From a virus (Duplodnaviria; Caudoviricetes): a DNA stretch of 64,000 nt. The stretch covers positions 1 through 64,000 of IMG/VR virus record IMGVR_UViG_3300028833_000092, one strand, 5' to 3'. Below the pieces are notes generated by a model. That model was given only the letters and a program-made list of their open reading frames with translations, ran no database searches and was not told where the DNA came from. A program made the translations under genes and the position numbers. The number at the start of each line of letters is the position of its first letter. Position 1 is the stretch's first letter. Positions 47,645 through 57,542 of this stretch are shown here, piece after piece.

Positions 47645-47950
47645 TTAACTCTCCTCAATTGGTTGTATCCAACATTGATTATTAAAAATAGTCGGATAGT
47701 CAGAACTTATTATTACAGATACTTTTTTGGCAATAGTCATTTTTTGAATATCGATAATACCTTGTTCTATTTCATTTAATGCTTTTGGTGACATCATATC
47801 ACCTAAAATATCACGTTTAGATTCGGCATATCTATTGGCTTCTGTTATGTTATAATCATTCTTATACATATCAATAAACCTTATTATTTCTGCCATTTCA
47901 TCATTTACATCCCTAAAATCATGTAAATTATATATAATATTATTTGCCAT
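47645..47950 (-). CDS. hypothetical tail-module protein
   Basis: GAGGT RBS. Confidence 0.7.
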   Translation of the reverse strand: MANNIIYNLHDFRDVNDEMAEIIRFIDMYKNDYNITEANRYAESKRDILGDMMSPKALNEIEQGIIDIQKMTIAKKVSVIISSDYPTIFNNQCWIQPIEES

Positions 47951-47966
47951 TTCTTTTTACCTCATA

Positions 47967-48341
47967 TTAATTAGTTATGAGGAAAATAATATCATTATTA
48001 TGACAAGGTATATTTTCTGATTCATTATTAATTTGGAAAAATTCTTGTCCCTCATAATCTTTTAAATATATTTCAGTATTTCTAATTTCTTCAAGTATGG
48101 CATTTATATCTGCTGTACTTATTGTTGCTTTTTTTAATGCTTGACTATTTGTTTCTATTGCTCTTGAAATATTAAAAAAGGCATCTTTTTGATCCGCTTT
48201 ATTTAAGTTTAAAAATGCTTTTTTTATATTTGCTCTCATATCTTGCATTAAAGACCCCTCATTACCAGTGGGGTTTTCATAATTATGAGCAGTATATAAA
48301 ATACCTTTACCTAATTTAGAATATTCAGAAGTTAATTTCAT
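47967..48341 (-). CDS. hypothetical tail-module protein
   Basis: AGGAG RBS. Confidence 0.7.
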   Translation of the reverse strand: MKLTSEYSKLGKGILYTAHNYENPTGNEGSLMQDMRANIKKAFLNLNKADQKDAFFNISRAIETNSQALKKATISTADINAILEEIRNTEIYLKDYEGQEFFQINNESENIPCHNNDIIFLITN

Positions 48342-48350
48342 ATTTATCTC

Positions 48351-48770
48351 CTAAAATAATTTATATCTTGGTTTTTCTTCATTAAAAAAGAAATATCTAA
48401 TATAATCATCTAAAACAATAGCAACAGAAGATAACAAACACCATATTATTGAAAATAACAAACATACTTGTCCTAAAATATTTAATGGAAGAGAAGAATA
48501 ATCCCACTCATTAAATCCCAATAATATATTAACTATACATCCTGTTATAAATTCTATTATAGTTATTCCTGTTCCACCGATTAATGCTTGTAATAATAAT
48601 GGGGTATCCCAAGATAATATCTCATTTATCATTCCACAAAAAATAAATGAGATAAAACCCATGATGAACGAAGATGGAAAACTATATCCTCTAAATAATA
48701 ATTCTATTATCAGATATAGAGTTCCACCTACTGTTCCTAAAAAAAGATATTTAATTATTTGTTTCATCAT
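48351..48770 (-). CDS. 4-TM membrane protein, CmpB/TMEM229-like ('putative ABC transporter permease')
   Basis: Y..IE..FRG, EF.TG, WDYS.LP.N..GQVCL.FS. Confidence 0.75.
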   Translation of the reverse strand: MMKQIIKYLFLGTVGGTLYLIIELLFRGYSFPSSFIMGFISFIFCGMINEILSWDTPLLLQALIGGTGITIIEFITGCIVNILLGFNEWDYSSLPLNILGQVCLLFSIIWCLLSSVAIVLDDYIRYFFFNEEKPRYKLF

Positions 48771-49476
48771 CTACAATACCAAGCAACTGTTTGATTCCAA
48801 GTATTGCTTGTTTTATTGCGTTATTATATGTTTCAAGATATTCTCCAGTTAATTCAGTACCCCAATGAATTGAGTTTATTTCATCTTCATCTAATAAAGA
48901 GTATATATATAATTTCATTTGATTATAATATGTTATAGACTCTATTTTATTTAAAGATTCTTGAACATATATTTGTATAATATCTTCGGGAGAATATTCC
49001 ATACACGATTCTCCGTCAGCATGATAATACTGAGGAACTTTAGTTTGTAAAACAATATCAAATAAATCTTTTATGTTAGTTTGATCTTCAATATTATAAC
49101 TAAAATGTTTTGTTTCTCCATTTTCCAATTTAACATCAACACCATTTAATATAATATCGTTACAATGAACCGATAATTCATTTAATTTATTATCTCTAAC
49201 ATCTTCAATCGTAACTACAGGATCAACATATACTTCACCATTATTTGATAAATCAACTTCATTAGTTAATCTTCGATAAATTGTATTATATTCATAATAT
49301 GTGTCCCCAGACATATTAGAATAATTAAAATCATTTGAAATAAAAAATCCAGAAGTTAATATCATATCTGCTGGAATTTCATCTTCAAATAAAATTCTCA
49401 TAACATGTTGAGATTGATTAATTAACTTAACCGAATGTCTTATCGAAGGTTCTTTTAAAAATACTATATTTGACAT
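48751..49476 (-). CDS. DUF4376-like tail-associated protein
   Basis: HFSY..EDQ.N, YHADGE.C..Y, TY.NQ.K.YI. Confidence 0.65.
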   Translation of the reverse strand: MSNIVFLKEPSIRHSVKLINQSQHVMRILFEDEIPADMILTSGFFISNDFNYSNMSGDTYYEYNTIYRRLTNEVDLSNNGEVYVDPVVTIEDVRDNKLNELSVHCNDIILNGVDVKLENGETKHFSYNIEDQTNIKDLFDIVLQTKVPQYYHADGESCMEYSPEDIIQIYVQESLNKIESITYYNQMKLYIYSLLDEDEINSIHWGTELTGEYLETYNNAIKQAILGIKQLLGIVDDETNN

Positions 49477-49486
49477 TTATATCTCC

Positions 49487-52400
49487 TTATCCAATAGCAA
49501 AATATTTATAAGATCGAGGAAGTAATGGTTCTCTTATAGTAAATCCCAAATCCTTAATTTCATATAAACTTTCCGCTTCTTGTATTCCTATTTTCTTTTC
49601 TGTCAACATATTGTTTGAATCACTCTTGAGGAATTTTCCATTATTATAATCTTTGTAATAAATAATAATGGTTTTCTCTCCGTCATTACTGGTTTGAATT
49701 AATGCTATACATTTCGGAGAAAATCCTAAATCTACATCATATGTTCTATTTGCACCACCAATGACATTAAATTCACCTTTAGCAAATTTATCACTATAAT
49801 TCATAAAATTAATAGAATCAATATCTGGTAAAGCAAAATAATTTTGTATAATTCCATTATTTTTACACATTGCAAATCCATCATTATCTACCGAATAAAT
49901 TCCCGGAGGATATAAATTATACTGACCAATAGGATCATCTTCCCTAAAGTAAGCATCTATAGAATTTGATCTATATAAACCATTCGAAGCAGAATATCTA
50001 TATTGTTCATTTGAATAATCTTCATTATAAACATATCCTAATTGAGTTGTATTACTATATTTATTATTAACAGTTCCAGTTAAAACTGCAATATATTTAG
50101 GTTTAAATCCTGTTTCTATAAATGTTGTATTATTATTTGAATTAATATAAAATCCACTTTGAACCATTATCTTACTCTTATTAATAGACGTATTCTGAGA
50201 TAATGCTTCATTAATAATACTTACTTTATTCAAACAATAACTATCATTATTTCCATAAATCTTTATTTTTCCTAATTGTAATATCTTACTTATAACGCTT
50301 GATAACAATGAACTACTTATATTTTCTCCATTAATAAACAATCCCATATTATTAAAAACAATTCTTATATTGTGTTTAATATTTGATAAGTTATAAATAT
50401 TCACAGTATCTTCTTGATTATTGTTTTTAACAACTATATTTCTCAAACTATTATCAGTGCAATATAATTTAATACCATATTCAGAAGTATTTTCCTCTGC
50501 TACAAAACATAATTCTAAATTACTTCTAATAATATCTATAGGTAATGAAATATCGAAATAAAGAGTTTTATTACTAATATTTAATGTTTGATTATATAAA
50601 ACAAAATTATTTTTAGGAATATAATTTTCTGCTATAGTTGTTGTTTCAGATATTTCTTCATCTGATGTATATAATCTATAGTATTTTACTAATTGTAAAC
50701 TAGTAGTTCCAGATGATAAATCATGTTCAATATGTTTAATTAAATATTCTTCAGGATTTTCTTTGTCTTTTCTTTTATATCTAACTTTTTGATTAACGTC
50801 TAAAAACGGACACAATTTAGTTGTAATAGTAATATTATCTGTTAATCTACATGTGCGATAATTTTCCTGTCTTGCTCCTTCAGAACCTAAACTATCTGAA
50901 GTCATATTTTCGTTATTATATACATTTAATAACACACCTAATTTCTGAATAGTAAAAGGAGAATCCTTTATTACAGTAAGATGAACATTATCACAATTAA
51001 ACATATTTTGAAAATATTCTTTACTATATTTAGGAACTGTAACAACTACATCTTCATTTGGATTAAGGGTTACATCTTCTCCTACTGATCCATCAGTTAA
51101 AACATCCATTGCATGCACTTCCCAGTTGCCTTGGAAATATGCTTTTATAATATATGTTCTATTTTGTGTATCATAAGTCTTTTTAATTTTAAATGTATAT
51201 ACTTTATTTGGAATCATCGTTCCTGCACTAATTCCAGTTTCAGTATTTTCATCAAGAATATCAATCGCAGTAAGATTATTAATTATTAATTTAGGATTAT
51301 CTGCGTTTGTTCTATTTACAAGAAAAGCAACTTCATCACCATTTGAATAATCTGTATGGTCTTCATCTATATATCCCGGAAAAGTTACTGAATATGTATT
51401 ATTTGAAAATGTAGCCGCAACTTGAGTAAACCATTCTGGTTCGAAACATTTTCCCCATGCTTCGGTTACATTTTTAACTTCTGAAAAATCTAACGTAGTT
51501 TCTTCAGATATTAAAATAGAATCAATAAAATCATAATCTATTACTATTTCGTCATCATCTCCAGAAGGTATTAATTTACAATAAAAAATTCCATCTTCAT
51601 CAAAAAATGTTTCATAATTTTCATATAAATCTCTCAATTCAGTAACTACTGATAAAACTGTAGTATCTGAAGTGAATTCTATATCATGAGGAATTGTAAA
51701 ACATTGTAAATAATTTTTTCCATCAAGACCGACAACAGTGGTGCTTTTTCTATATTGTTCATAATCCCAATCTGCTAAATAATTCGGTTGTGCTTTTGCT
51801 TCGCCTAACCAATCAATATTATATCTGGTGAGCTGTCCTAATTGAGTTACTGCATTAATCATTGCATCACGAATATAATTATATGAAATAGGTTCTCCAT
51901 TTTTATAAAAATAATGAACATAAAAACTATTTGAAGTAAAAGTACCTTTTCCAAAAATACCCCAATCAGATGCTTTTTGATCTGTTAATGTTATATTTGT
52001 TCCATTTTCTTTTTGATATGTCACAGACCAGAGATCGCTAGTTTCAATGTTGTGAGTTGATCCAGTATGTGTGAAATTAAAATTAGTATTATAATATGGT
52101 TTATCAGTTAATGTTGTACATTTGTATGCAAAAACTGCTTCATCTTTCTGTGTAATCCATTCAGTTCCACCAATTACTTCAAAAATAGACTCAACATAAG
52201 CTGGATATTCTATTTTTTTACTACCAATTTTACCAGAACGAGTTCCATCCCAATATGACATCATATCAGAACAATCTACGCTTATTTGATTTGTTACGGC
52301 ATCGTATGTTGCATTAGTATTCATAAAAACATATATACCATTTGCCCAGTACTTATATTCTTCAGTTACTGTATTTTGTATGCCTATATATATTTTTATT

Positions 52401-52645
52401 TTCTTATTTAACCAAATTATATTATTTTCATCAACATTTAAATTTTGTTGAGTATCTGGTGATAATACTAAAGACGCAGTTCGTCTTATATCGCTTTCTG
52501 CGTCTATAGAAATATTACCAGAAATTAAACCACAATTGATTTCTTCTATTACTTCATCATTAAAATTATATACTTCAATTTTAATTTTATAATTTATTAT
52601 GTTTTGTTGGACAAGTAATAAGTCATCATAAATTGGTTTATACAT
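49487..52645 (-). CDS. tail/baseplate hub protein (DUF5048-like)
   Basis: ISIDA.SDIRRT, ELRDLY..YE.FFD.DG.F, VKN..E.WG; ATG 52645 after AGGAGG. Confidence 0.65.
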   Translation of the reverse strand: MYKPIYDDLLLVQQNIINYKIKIEVYNFNDEVIEEINCGLISGNISIDAESDIRRTASLVLSPDTQQNLNVDENNIIWLNKKIKIYIGIQNTVTEEYKYWANGIYVFMNTNATYDAVTNQISVDCSDMMSYWDGTRSGKIGSKKIEYPAYVESIFEVIGGTEWITQKDEAVFAYKCTTLTDKPYYNTNFNFTHTGSTHNIETSDLWSVTYQKENGTNITLTDQKASDWGIFGKGTFTSNSFYVHYFYKNGEPISYNYIRDAMINAVTQLGQLTRYNIDWLGEAKAQPNYLADWDYEQYRKSTTVVGLDGKNYLQCFTIPHDIEFTSDTTVLSVVTELRDLYENYETFFDEDGIFYCKLIPSGDDDEIVIDYDFIDSILISEETTLDFSEVKNVTEAWGKCFEPEWFTQVAATFSNNTYSVTFPGYIDEDHTDYSNGDEVAFLVNRTNADNPKLIINNLTAIDILDENTETGISAGTMIPNKVYTFKIKKTYDTQNRTYIIKAYFQGNWEVHAMDVLTDGSVGEDVTLNPNEDVVVTVPKYSKEYFQNMFNCDNVHLTVIKDSPFTIQKLGVLLNVYNNENMTSDSLGSEGARQENYRTCRLTDNITITTKLCPFLDVNQKVRYKRKDKENPEEYLIKHIEHDLSSGTTSLQLVKYYRLYTSDEEISETTTIAENYIPKNNFVLYNQTLNISNKTLYFDISLPIDIIRSNLELCFVAEENTSEYGIKLYCTDNSLRNIVVKNNNQEDTVNIYNLSNIKHNIRIVFNNMGLFINGENISSSLLSSVISKILQLGKIKIYGNNDSYCLNKVSIINEALSQNTSINKSKIMVQSGFYINSNNNTTFIETGFKPKYIAVLTGTVNNKYSNTTQLGYVYNEDYSNEQYRYSASNGLYRSNSIDAYFREDDPIGQYNLYPPGIYSVDNDGFAMCKNNGIIQNYFALPDIDSINFMNYSDKFAKGEFNVIGGANRTYDVDLGFSPKCIALIQTSNDGEKTIIIYYKDYNNGKFLKSDSNNMLTEKKIGIQEAESLYEIKDLGFTIREPLLPRSYKYFAIG

Positions 52646-52659
52646 AATTCCTTGTCCTC

Positions 52660-53841
52660 CTATTGATATGTATTCCAATAAATTCTTGGAACGTTTATAA
52701 AATTACATTCATATAAACTTTTTTCAGAATTGATATCTCCTATTTCAGTACAACCAAAAGTTATCTGTCTAAATTTATATATATCTATAGCATCATTAGT
52801 AGGTGGTGTTGTAACCCAAACTAACCATATTCTACCATCTATATTTTTAAGTATTTTAGGTTTTCTATTTGTGAGCATTTTCAAAACTTCATTGATATGT
52901 TTATTTCGTTTCATATCATTAAAAATTCCTTCTTCTTGATCACAAACATCTGGATAAAATGATCCACTTACTTCTATTGTTTGATAACATATAGATGTAT
53001 TTGAAACAACTGATGGATATACACTATAAAGTGGTTCTACTAAAGAAGATGGAACTACATGTGTTGTATTACAATATCCATCTGTAATAGGAGTAGATTT
53101 ATAAGAATCTGAATCAATTATAGTTAATCTATCAACTTTTACATCTATAGGAACAGTAGTAGTATATGCTCCTTCAGTTCTATCATTTAATGGAACAATT
53201 GCATATTCATACGTATTTGTTGTAGCAGTATAATCATATCCAGTAAATGAGAAATCTTCAACTTTATTAATTGGTATATATTTAATCGAAATCCATTTAT
53301 CGTCATCAATTAATGAATGTCTTTTTACTAAAATACCATTTGTGGTTTCAAGTGTCCATTCAAGATTTCCGGCACTTACATTATTTTTGAATTTTGCATC
53401 AAAAATAGTATCAAAATTCCAATTTGGAATAGGATTTAATCTAGAATAATATGCGACTGCAAATGTATCATTTTCATAAGGTATATATGAAGAATACAAC
53501 GTTATTCCATATTCACTTAATTCAACTTGAGTTTTTTGTGAAATATCACCAGTATACATTTCCCAATATCCAGATGAATTATAAATAAAATGATACATAT
53601 CGTGTCTTTCATTAACTTTAGAAACAAAAGTTTCATTATCAATACTTTTAATCCTATCTGATGGATCGTCTTTTTGTACTATATCTTCATATGGGACAAA
53701 ATCAGACTTATTTTCTATATATGTTTCATCTATAACAAAGTTACTTAAAATTATTTCTGTAGAATAAATAGGATTGACAGATGTAACAATTCCACAAAAT
53801 TCATCTCCACACAAGAGAGTAGATGCACCAATAAAAATCAT
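52660..53841 (-). CDS. tail protein (distal tail-like)
   Basis: YEYAIVP, L.N.KPKILK..DGR.W.V, F...EIGD. Confidence 0.6.
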   Translation of the reverse strand: MIFIGASTLLCGDEFCGIVTSVNPIYSTEIILSNFVIDETYIENKSDFVPYEDIVQKDDPSDRIKSIDNETFVSKVNERHDMYHFIYNSSGYWEMYTGDISQKTQVELSEYGITLYSSYIPYENDTFAVAYYSRLNPIPNWNFDTIFDAKFKNNVSAGNLEWTLETTNGILVKRHSLIDDDKWISIKYIPINKVEDFSFTGYDYTATTNTYEYAIVPLNDRTEGAYTTTVPIDVKVDRLTIIDSDSYKSTPITDGYCNTTHVVPSSLVEPLYSVYPSVVSNTSICYQTIEVSGSFYPDVCDQEEGIFNDMKRNKHINEVLKMLTNRKPKILKNIDGRIWLVWVTTPPTNDAIDIYKFRQITFGCTEIGDINSEKSLYECNFINVPRIYWNTYQ

Positions 53842-55106
53842 AATACACCTCCTCTTATTACATATAAATCATATAAACTATTAGTTCTTTGAATTACTAT
53901 TTCGGTTACAGGATTTTCAATATTATACTCCATCATTTCTAATTCTTCAGAATAAATAATATATTCAAATCCTTCTACGTCATAAACTGTTAATTTATAT
54001 CGGCAATGTATATCGTCACCAACTTCTATACATTCTAATTTACTTATATGTGTATCTGCCAATATTTTTACTAATTCACCTAGAAAACCTTCTTGTAATT
54101 TTATAACTAATGTATAATCATCGTTGATAGCAAATCCACTCTTATAATCAATACTATCATCTCTTAAATCAATATATTCTCCATCTATAAAACCATAATT
54201 ACTTCTTTCTGGAGATATTATTTTTATATCAGTATAGTAAGTTACTATTCCAGTTCCTTCTTCAACTTCTGCTCTGATAATAGAATGTACAGAAGGTATA
54301 TCATATTTAACATGAATATTTACCATAATACTTATTTCAGTATCATATTCAGTATGACCAAATGCTTCTATCCAATATGTGCTATTATCAGATAACATTG
54401 TATAAACATAATTATAATTATCTGGGGAATTAAATATTTCACTTGCTTTTATTAAAGATTTTTCAGCATCCAATAATCTAAATTGAAAATCTTTAAGTTT
54501 TTCCCCTTCTGGTTGATAATATCCTAAAGTTACTTCAAGAGAAGAACTAGTTATTTGATTTATTATACTAGGATCGATATTTTCAAATGAAAGAGTAGGA
54601 GTAGTAAAACAATTAAACCATAATGGATCAGATAAAACAGATTCAGTTTGAAAATCATATCCATAACATTTCATTACGACTTGATATTGTTTTCCATTTA
54701 TTAAACCACTTGGAGGAGTGTAATTAACAACAAAATTATCTCCCTCTGCAACTTCTTCAACAACAATACCATAATCAGTTAAATCAACTTGTGTTGAATT
54801 TAAATACCATTCTCCAGATTCATATACAAAAGCATAATTTCCTTCTACGTATCCAACTTGATTACCGAAAACAGATATATCTATTACTGGGTCTACACTT
54901 CCAACAACAATTATATTTTCGGCTTTAATAGTATGTTTATAACTCATTGATGCTTCTAATTTATGATAAACTGGTTCTGTTAAATCTTCACTATCATAAA
55001 TAAATACTTCGTTATAATTTGGTTGCATACCACTACAAGAAAAGGTGAATGTATAATCATAACTACAATCAAAAGCAGCTATTTTATCTATTACTGGTTT
55101 TGCCAT
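53838..55106 (-). CDS. tail-associated beta-sandwich (FN3-like) protein
   Basis: L.NGKQY, Y.Q.EGE.L, L.DN..Y. Confidence 0.6.
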   Translation of the reverse strand: MAKPVIDKIAAFDCSYDYTFTFSCSGMQPNYNEVFIYDSEDLTEPVYHKLEASMSYKHTIKAENIIVVGSVDPVIDISVFGNQVGYVEGNYAFVYESGEWYLNSTQVDLTDYGIVVEEVAEGDNFVVNYTPPSGLINGKQYQVVMKCYGYDFQTESVLSDPLWFNCFTTPTLSFENIDPSIINQITSSSLEVTLGYYQPEGEKLKDFQFRLLDAEKSLIKASEIFNSPDNYNYVYTMLSDNSTYWIEAFGHTEYDTEISIMVNIHVKYDIPSVHSIIRAEVEEGTGIVTYYTDIKIISPERSNYGFIDGEYIDLRDDSIDYKSGFAINDDYTLVIKLQEGFLGELVKILADTHISKLECIEVGDDIHCRYKLTVYDVEGFEYIIYSEELEMMEYNIENPVTEIVIQRTNSLYDLYVIRGGVL

Positions 55107-55118
55107 TTTTCCTCCTTT

Positions 55119-55370
55119 CTATTTGTATGCTAATATAAATGCGTCATTAATATTTCCGTTTGGTATATGAACCCACACTGGAGTTCCAATACTTAAAGAT
55201 ATATTGCACCCATTTTTTACCCAAATTTTAACTCCGTTAACTAAAACTTTATATTTGTTTCCATTTATTTCTTGGACTACAGAGGCAACATCTGTAGAAA
55301 TATTAGATTTTTCTAATTTTTTAGCAATCATTACGTTGATTGTTTTTATAATTTCCTCTTGTATATCCAT
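55119..55370 (-). CDS. small OB-fold-like tail protein
   Basis: GAGGA RBS before ATG 55370; Y.V.VNG..G..VWV.IP.G. Confidence 0.6.
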   Translation of the reverse strand: MDIQEEIIKTINVMIAKKLEKSNISTDVASVVQEINGNKYKVLVNGVKIWVKNGCNISLSIGTPVWVHIPNGNINDAFILAYK

Positions 55371-55384
55371 ATGTGTTCCTCTTA

Positions 55385-55858
55385 TTACTGTATAATTTTC
55401 CAAGTGTATGATTCCGGCTGACAAATTTCATGAACAAAAGAGTTTTTCCCTCCACGACTTTCATAATCTTCAATGAGACCCCAAAACGCTTCTTGTTCCA
55501 TTCTTGTCCATTCGCCTTTTTCGTGATAATCACGATACGCTTGTGCTATTCTGTCTTTAAGTTTTCTTCGTTCAGATTCGTCCTCTCTTTTACTCATGGT
55601 TTCAAGTTTTTCAATTATACCATCTACAGAATTTACAATTTTATCTATTTGTTTTTTCTGTTCTTTTAATTCAATATTATGTTTCATTAATAAATCATGA
55701 TCTGTTTCAAGTTTTTCATCTTTAACAAATCTTGCTTTTATTCTTTTCTTGAACCAATCATATAGTTCGGACATTGATTTAAAACATAAAAGGATTATGA
55801 CCATTCCCAATATAACCTCAGGAAAATTCAATCCCAATAATTCTTTTATTTCAGACAT
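55385..55858 (-). CDS. membrane-anchored coiled-coil protein (holin-like)
   Basis: N-terminal TM, coiled coil, Y...GG.N. Confidence 0.55.
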   Translation of the reverse strand: MSEIKELLGLNFPEVILGMVIILLCFKSMSELYDWFKKRIKARFVKDEKLETDHDLLMKHNIELKEQKKQIDKIVNSVDGIIEKLETMSKREDESERRKLKDRIAQAYRDYHEKGEWTRMEQEAFWGLIEDYESRGGKNSFVHEICQPESYTWKIIQ

Positions 55859-55888
55859 TTTTATTATCTCTCCTTAAATTGAATTTCC

Positions 55889-56410
55889 CTATAATCCCTT
55901 AACTTGTATAGTTACATCAATAGAGGGTTTACTGGTAGAATAAAAAATCACTTCTGTATTTCCAGTAGATTGATTAAGTACTACTTCCATAATTTGGATA
56001 ATTTCGTTAGCATCTTTTTCAGCAGTAGTAGGAAATCTACTAGCAGTCTTTAAACACCAGTCTGGTGAAGAATTTGGAGCATATAAATCAGAAACGAATA
56101 CTGCTTTCCATCTATAATTCGCATCACCTGTGTCTACCCACTTACTTATAGGAATATTAAATTCTTCAATGTGACAAATCTGAGAAGCAAATACAGAATC
56201 TAAAGCGTATCCTTCTTGCGTTATGTTTCTGTCAGAAGTTATTCCTTTAATAGCACCAACTGTCTGTTGTAAATTACTTTTCGTTCCATTACCTTGATCT
56301 ACTTCGACTTGAGATGCTTTTGTCCAAAATGCTATACGTTGGAATATTTTATTTTCTGCGTCAACACAGACACGATAATATGCATCTTTTATAGTTTCTG
56401 TAATAAACAT
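55889..56410 (-). CDS. hypothetical structural protein
   Basis: GGAAGG RBS; FWTKAS.V, KP..D..I.VKG. Confidence 0.65.
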   Translation of the reverse strand: MFITETIKDAYYRVCVDAENKIFQRIAFWTKASQVEVDQGNGTKSNLQQTVGAIKGITSDRNITQEGYALDSVFASQICHIEEFNIPISKWVDTGDANYRWKAVFVSDLYAPNSSPDWCLKTASRFPTTAEKDANEIIQIMEVVLNQSTGNTEVIFYSTSKPSIDVTIQVKGL

Positions 56411-56429
56411 TTTAATTATTCCTTCCTAA

Positions 56430-56463
56430 AATAATAAGAGAGTGAGTAAAAATACCCACTCTC
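56430..56463 (-). terminator. intrinsic terminator after tape-measure C-terminal ORF
   Basis: GAGAGTGGGTA-TTTT-TACTCACTCTC then TTATTATT on - strand. Confidence 0.7.
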
Positions 56464-56474
56464 ATAAAAATAAG

Positions 56475-57542
56475 TTATTTACGTGCACTTTGTTGATATG
56501 CATTTACAAATAATCCTTCGAAACTTCTTTCTATCTGATGCAATACTTCTTCTCCTGTTACTCCAGTACACTGGAATGTTGGATTAGTAATATTAATAAT
56601 AGGTGTCTGTTCAGTGGGATTATAAAGCATATTTGCACTATTAATTTGTTTTGTCAATTCTTTAACCGAAGAGTTTATATTTAATATTGAACCCTTCATT
56701 ATATCTGTATTTGAATGTATCTTTGAAACGAATGAATTAAGCATTTCATATTTTTTAGGATCAGAAACAGATAAAGGAGTGAAATCAGTTCCATCTGCAA
56801 GTGCTTTACCTCTAGTACTAATTCGACCATATTTAAGTAATGCTTTAGTTTGTGAAGCATTAAATATAATGTCTGATGGTCTAATATCAGTAAATTCAGC
56901 ACCATGCTTTCCAATAAGTTGAAACATTCCATTACGAATAAGAAGTTCTTGTCCAAGTTCTCCGACTAATGCACTACCTTTATATCCGGCAGTTCCATCA
57001 GTTCCTCTTGCATATGCATTTCCTTCAGAAAATGTACCAGTAGCACGAGTTGTTGCTTTTATTGCATTTTTCTTATTCTGAGGTTGATGTTTTTCAACTT
57101 CTTTTTGTAATTCTCGTATCTCTTCTTTTGCTTCTTCAATTCCACTAGTATCTATATTTGCTTGAATAGTAGTTGAAATTACTCCACTTATTCCACTAAG
57201 AGCACCAGCAACTGCACCTATTTTTCCTAATGCATCTCCAGAGTTAACATTAATATCTACATTCTTGTTTTGTGGAATATCCAATAATGCATAAGCAACA
57301 TCTTTTATTCCAGTTAAAGCAGATTTAACACTAGATACAATTTTAACTATTCTCTCTTTAGTAGTTAATTTATTTGCTTCTTTTTCAACATTATCTATTT
57401 CAGGAGTAGCGTTATCTTTAGCATCAATATTAAAAGTTTTATCTTCAATTTCTTCAGAATTTATATCTTCAATTGTTCCAGACGCACTATCTGAGGCTTC
57501 AACGTCTACTTCTTTGCTTGGCATAAAAATACTATAATCCAA
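56475..57542 (-). CDS. C-terminal part of tape measure protein (in -1 frame)
   Basis: Continues the D.ATP repeats of the upstream ORF; A.GT, ALVGELGQEL, IFNA.QT; no RBS of its own. Confidence 0.7.
   Translation of the reverse strand: MDYSIFMPSKEVDVEASDSASGTIEDINSEEIEDKTFNIDAKDNATPEIDNVEKEANKLTTKERIVKIVSSVKSALTGIKDVAYALLDIPQNKNVDINVNSGDALGKIGAVAGALSGISGVISTTIQANIDTSGIEEAKEEIRELQKEVEKHQPQNKKNAIKATTRATGTFSEGNAYARGTDGTAGYKGSALVGELGQELLIRNGMFQLIGKHGAEFTDIRPSDIIFNASQTKALLKYGRISTRGKALADGTDFTPLSVSDPKKYEMLNSFVSKIHSNTDIMKGSILNINSSVKELTKQINSANMLYNPTEQTPIINITNPTFQCTGVTGEEVLHQIERSFEGLFVNAYQQSARK

Noticed and set aside
36651-57508. TAG stop-codon reassignment in late genes
   Set aside because: Long genes are intact in code 11, the TAG-ended breaks need a frame change rather than readthrough, and no suppressor tRNA is seen
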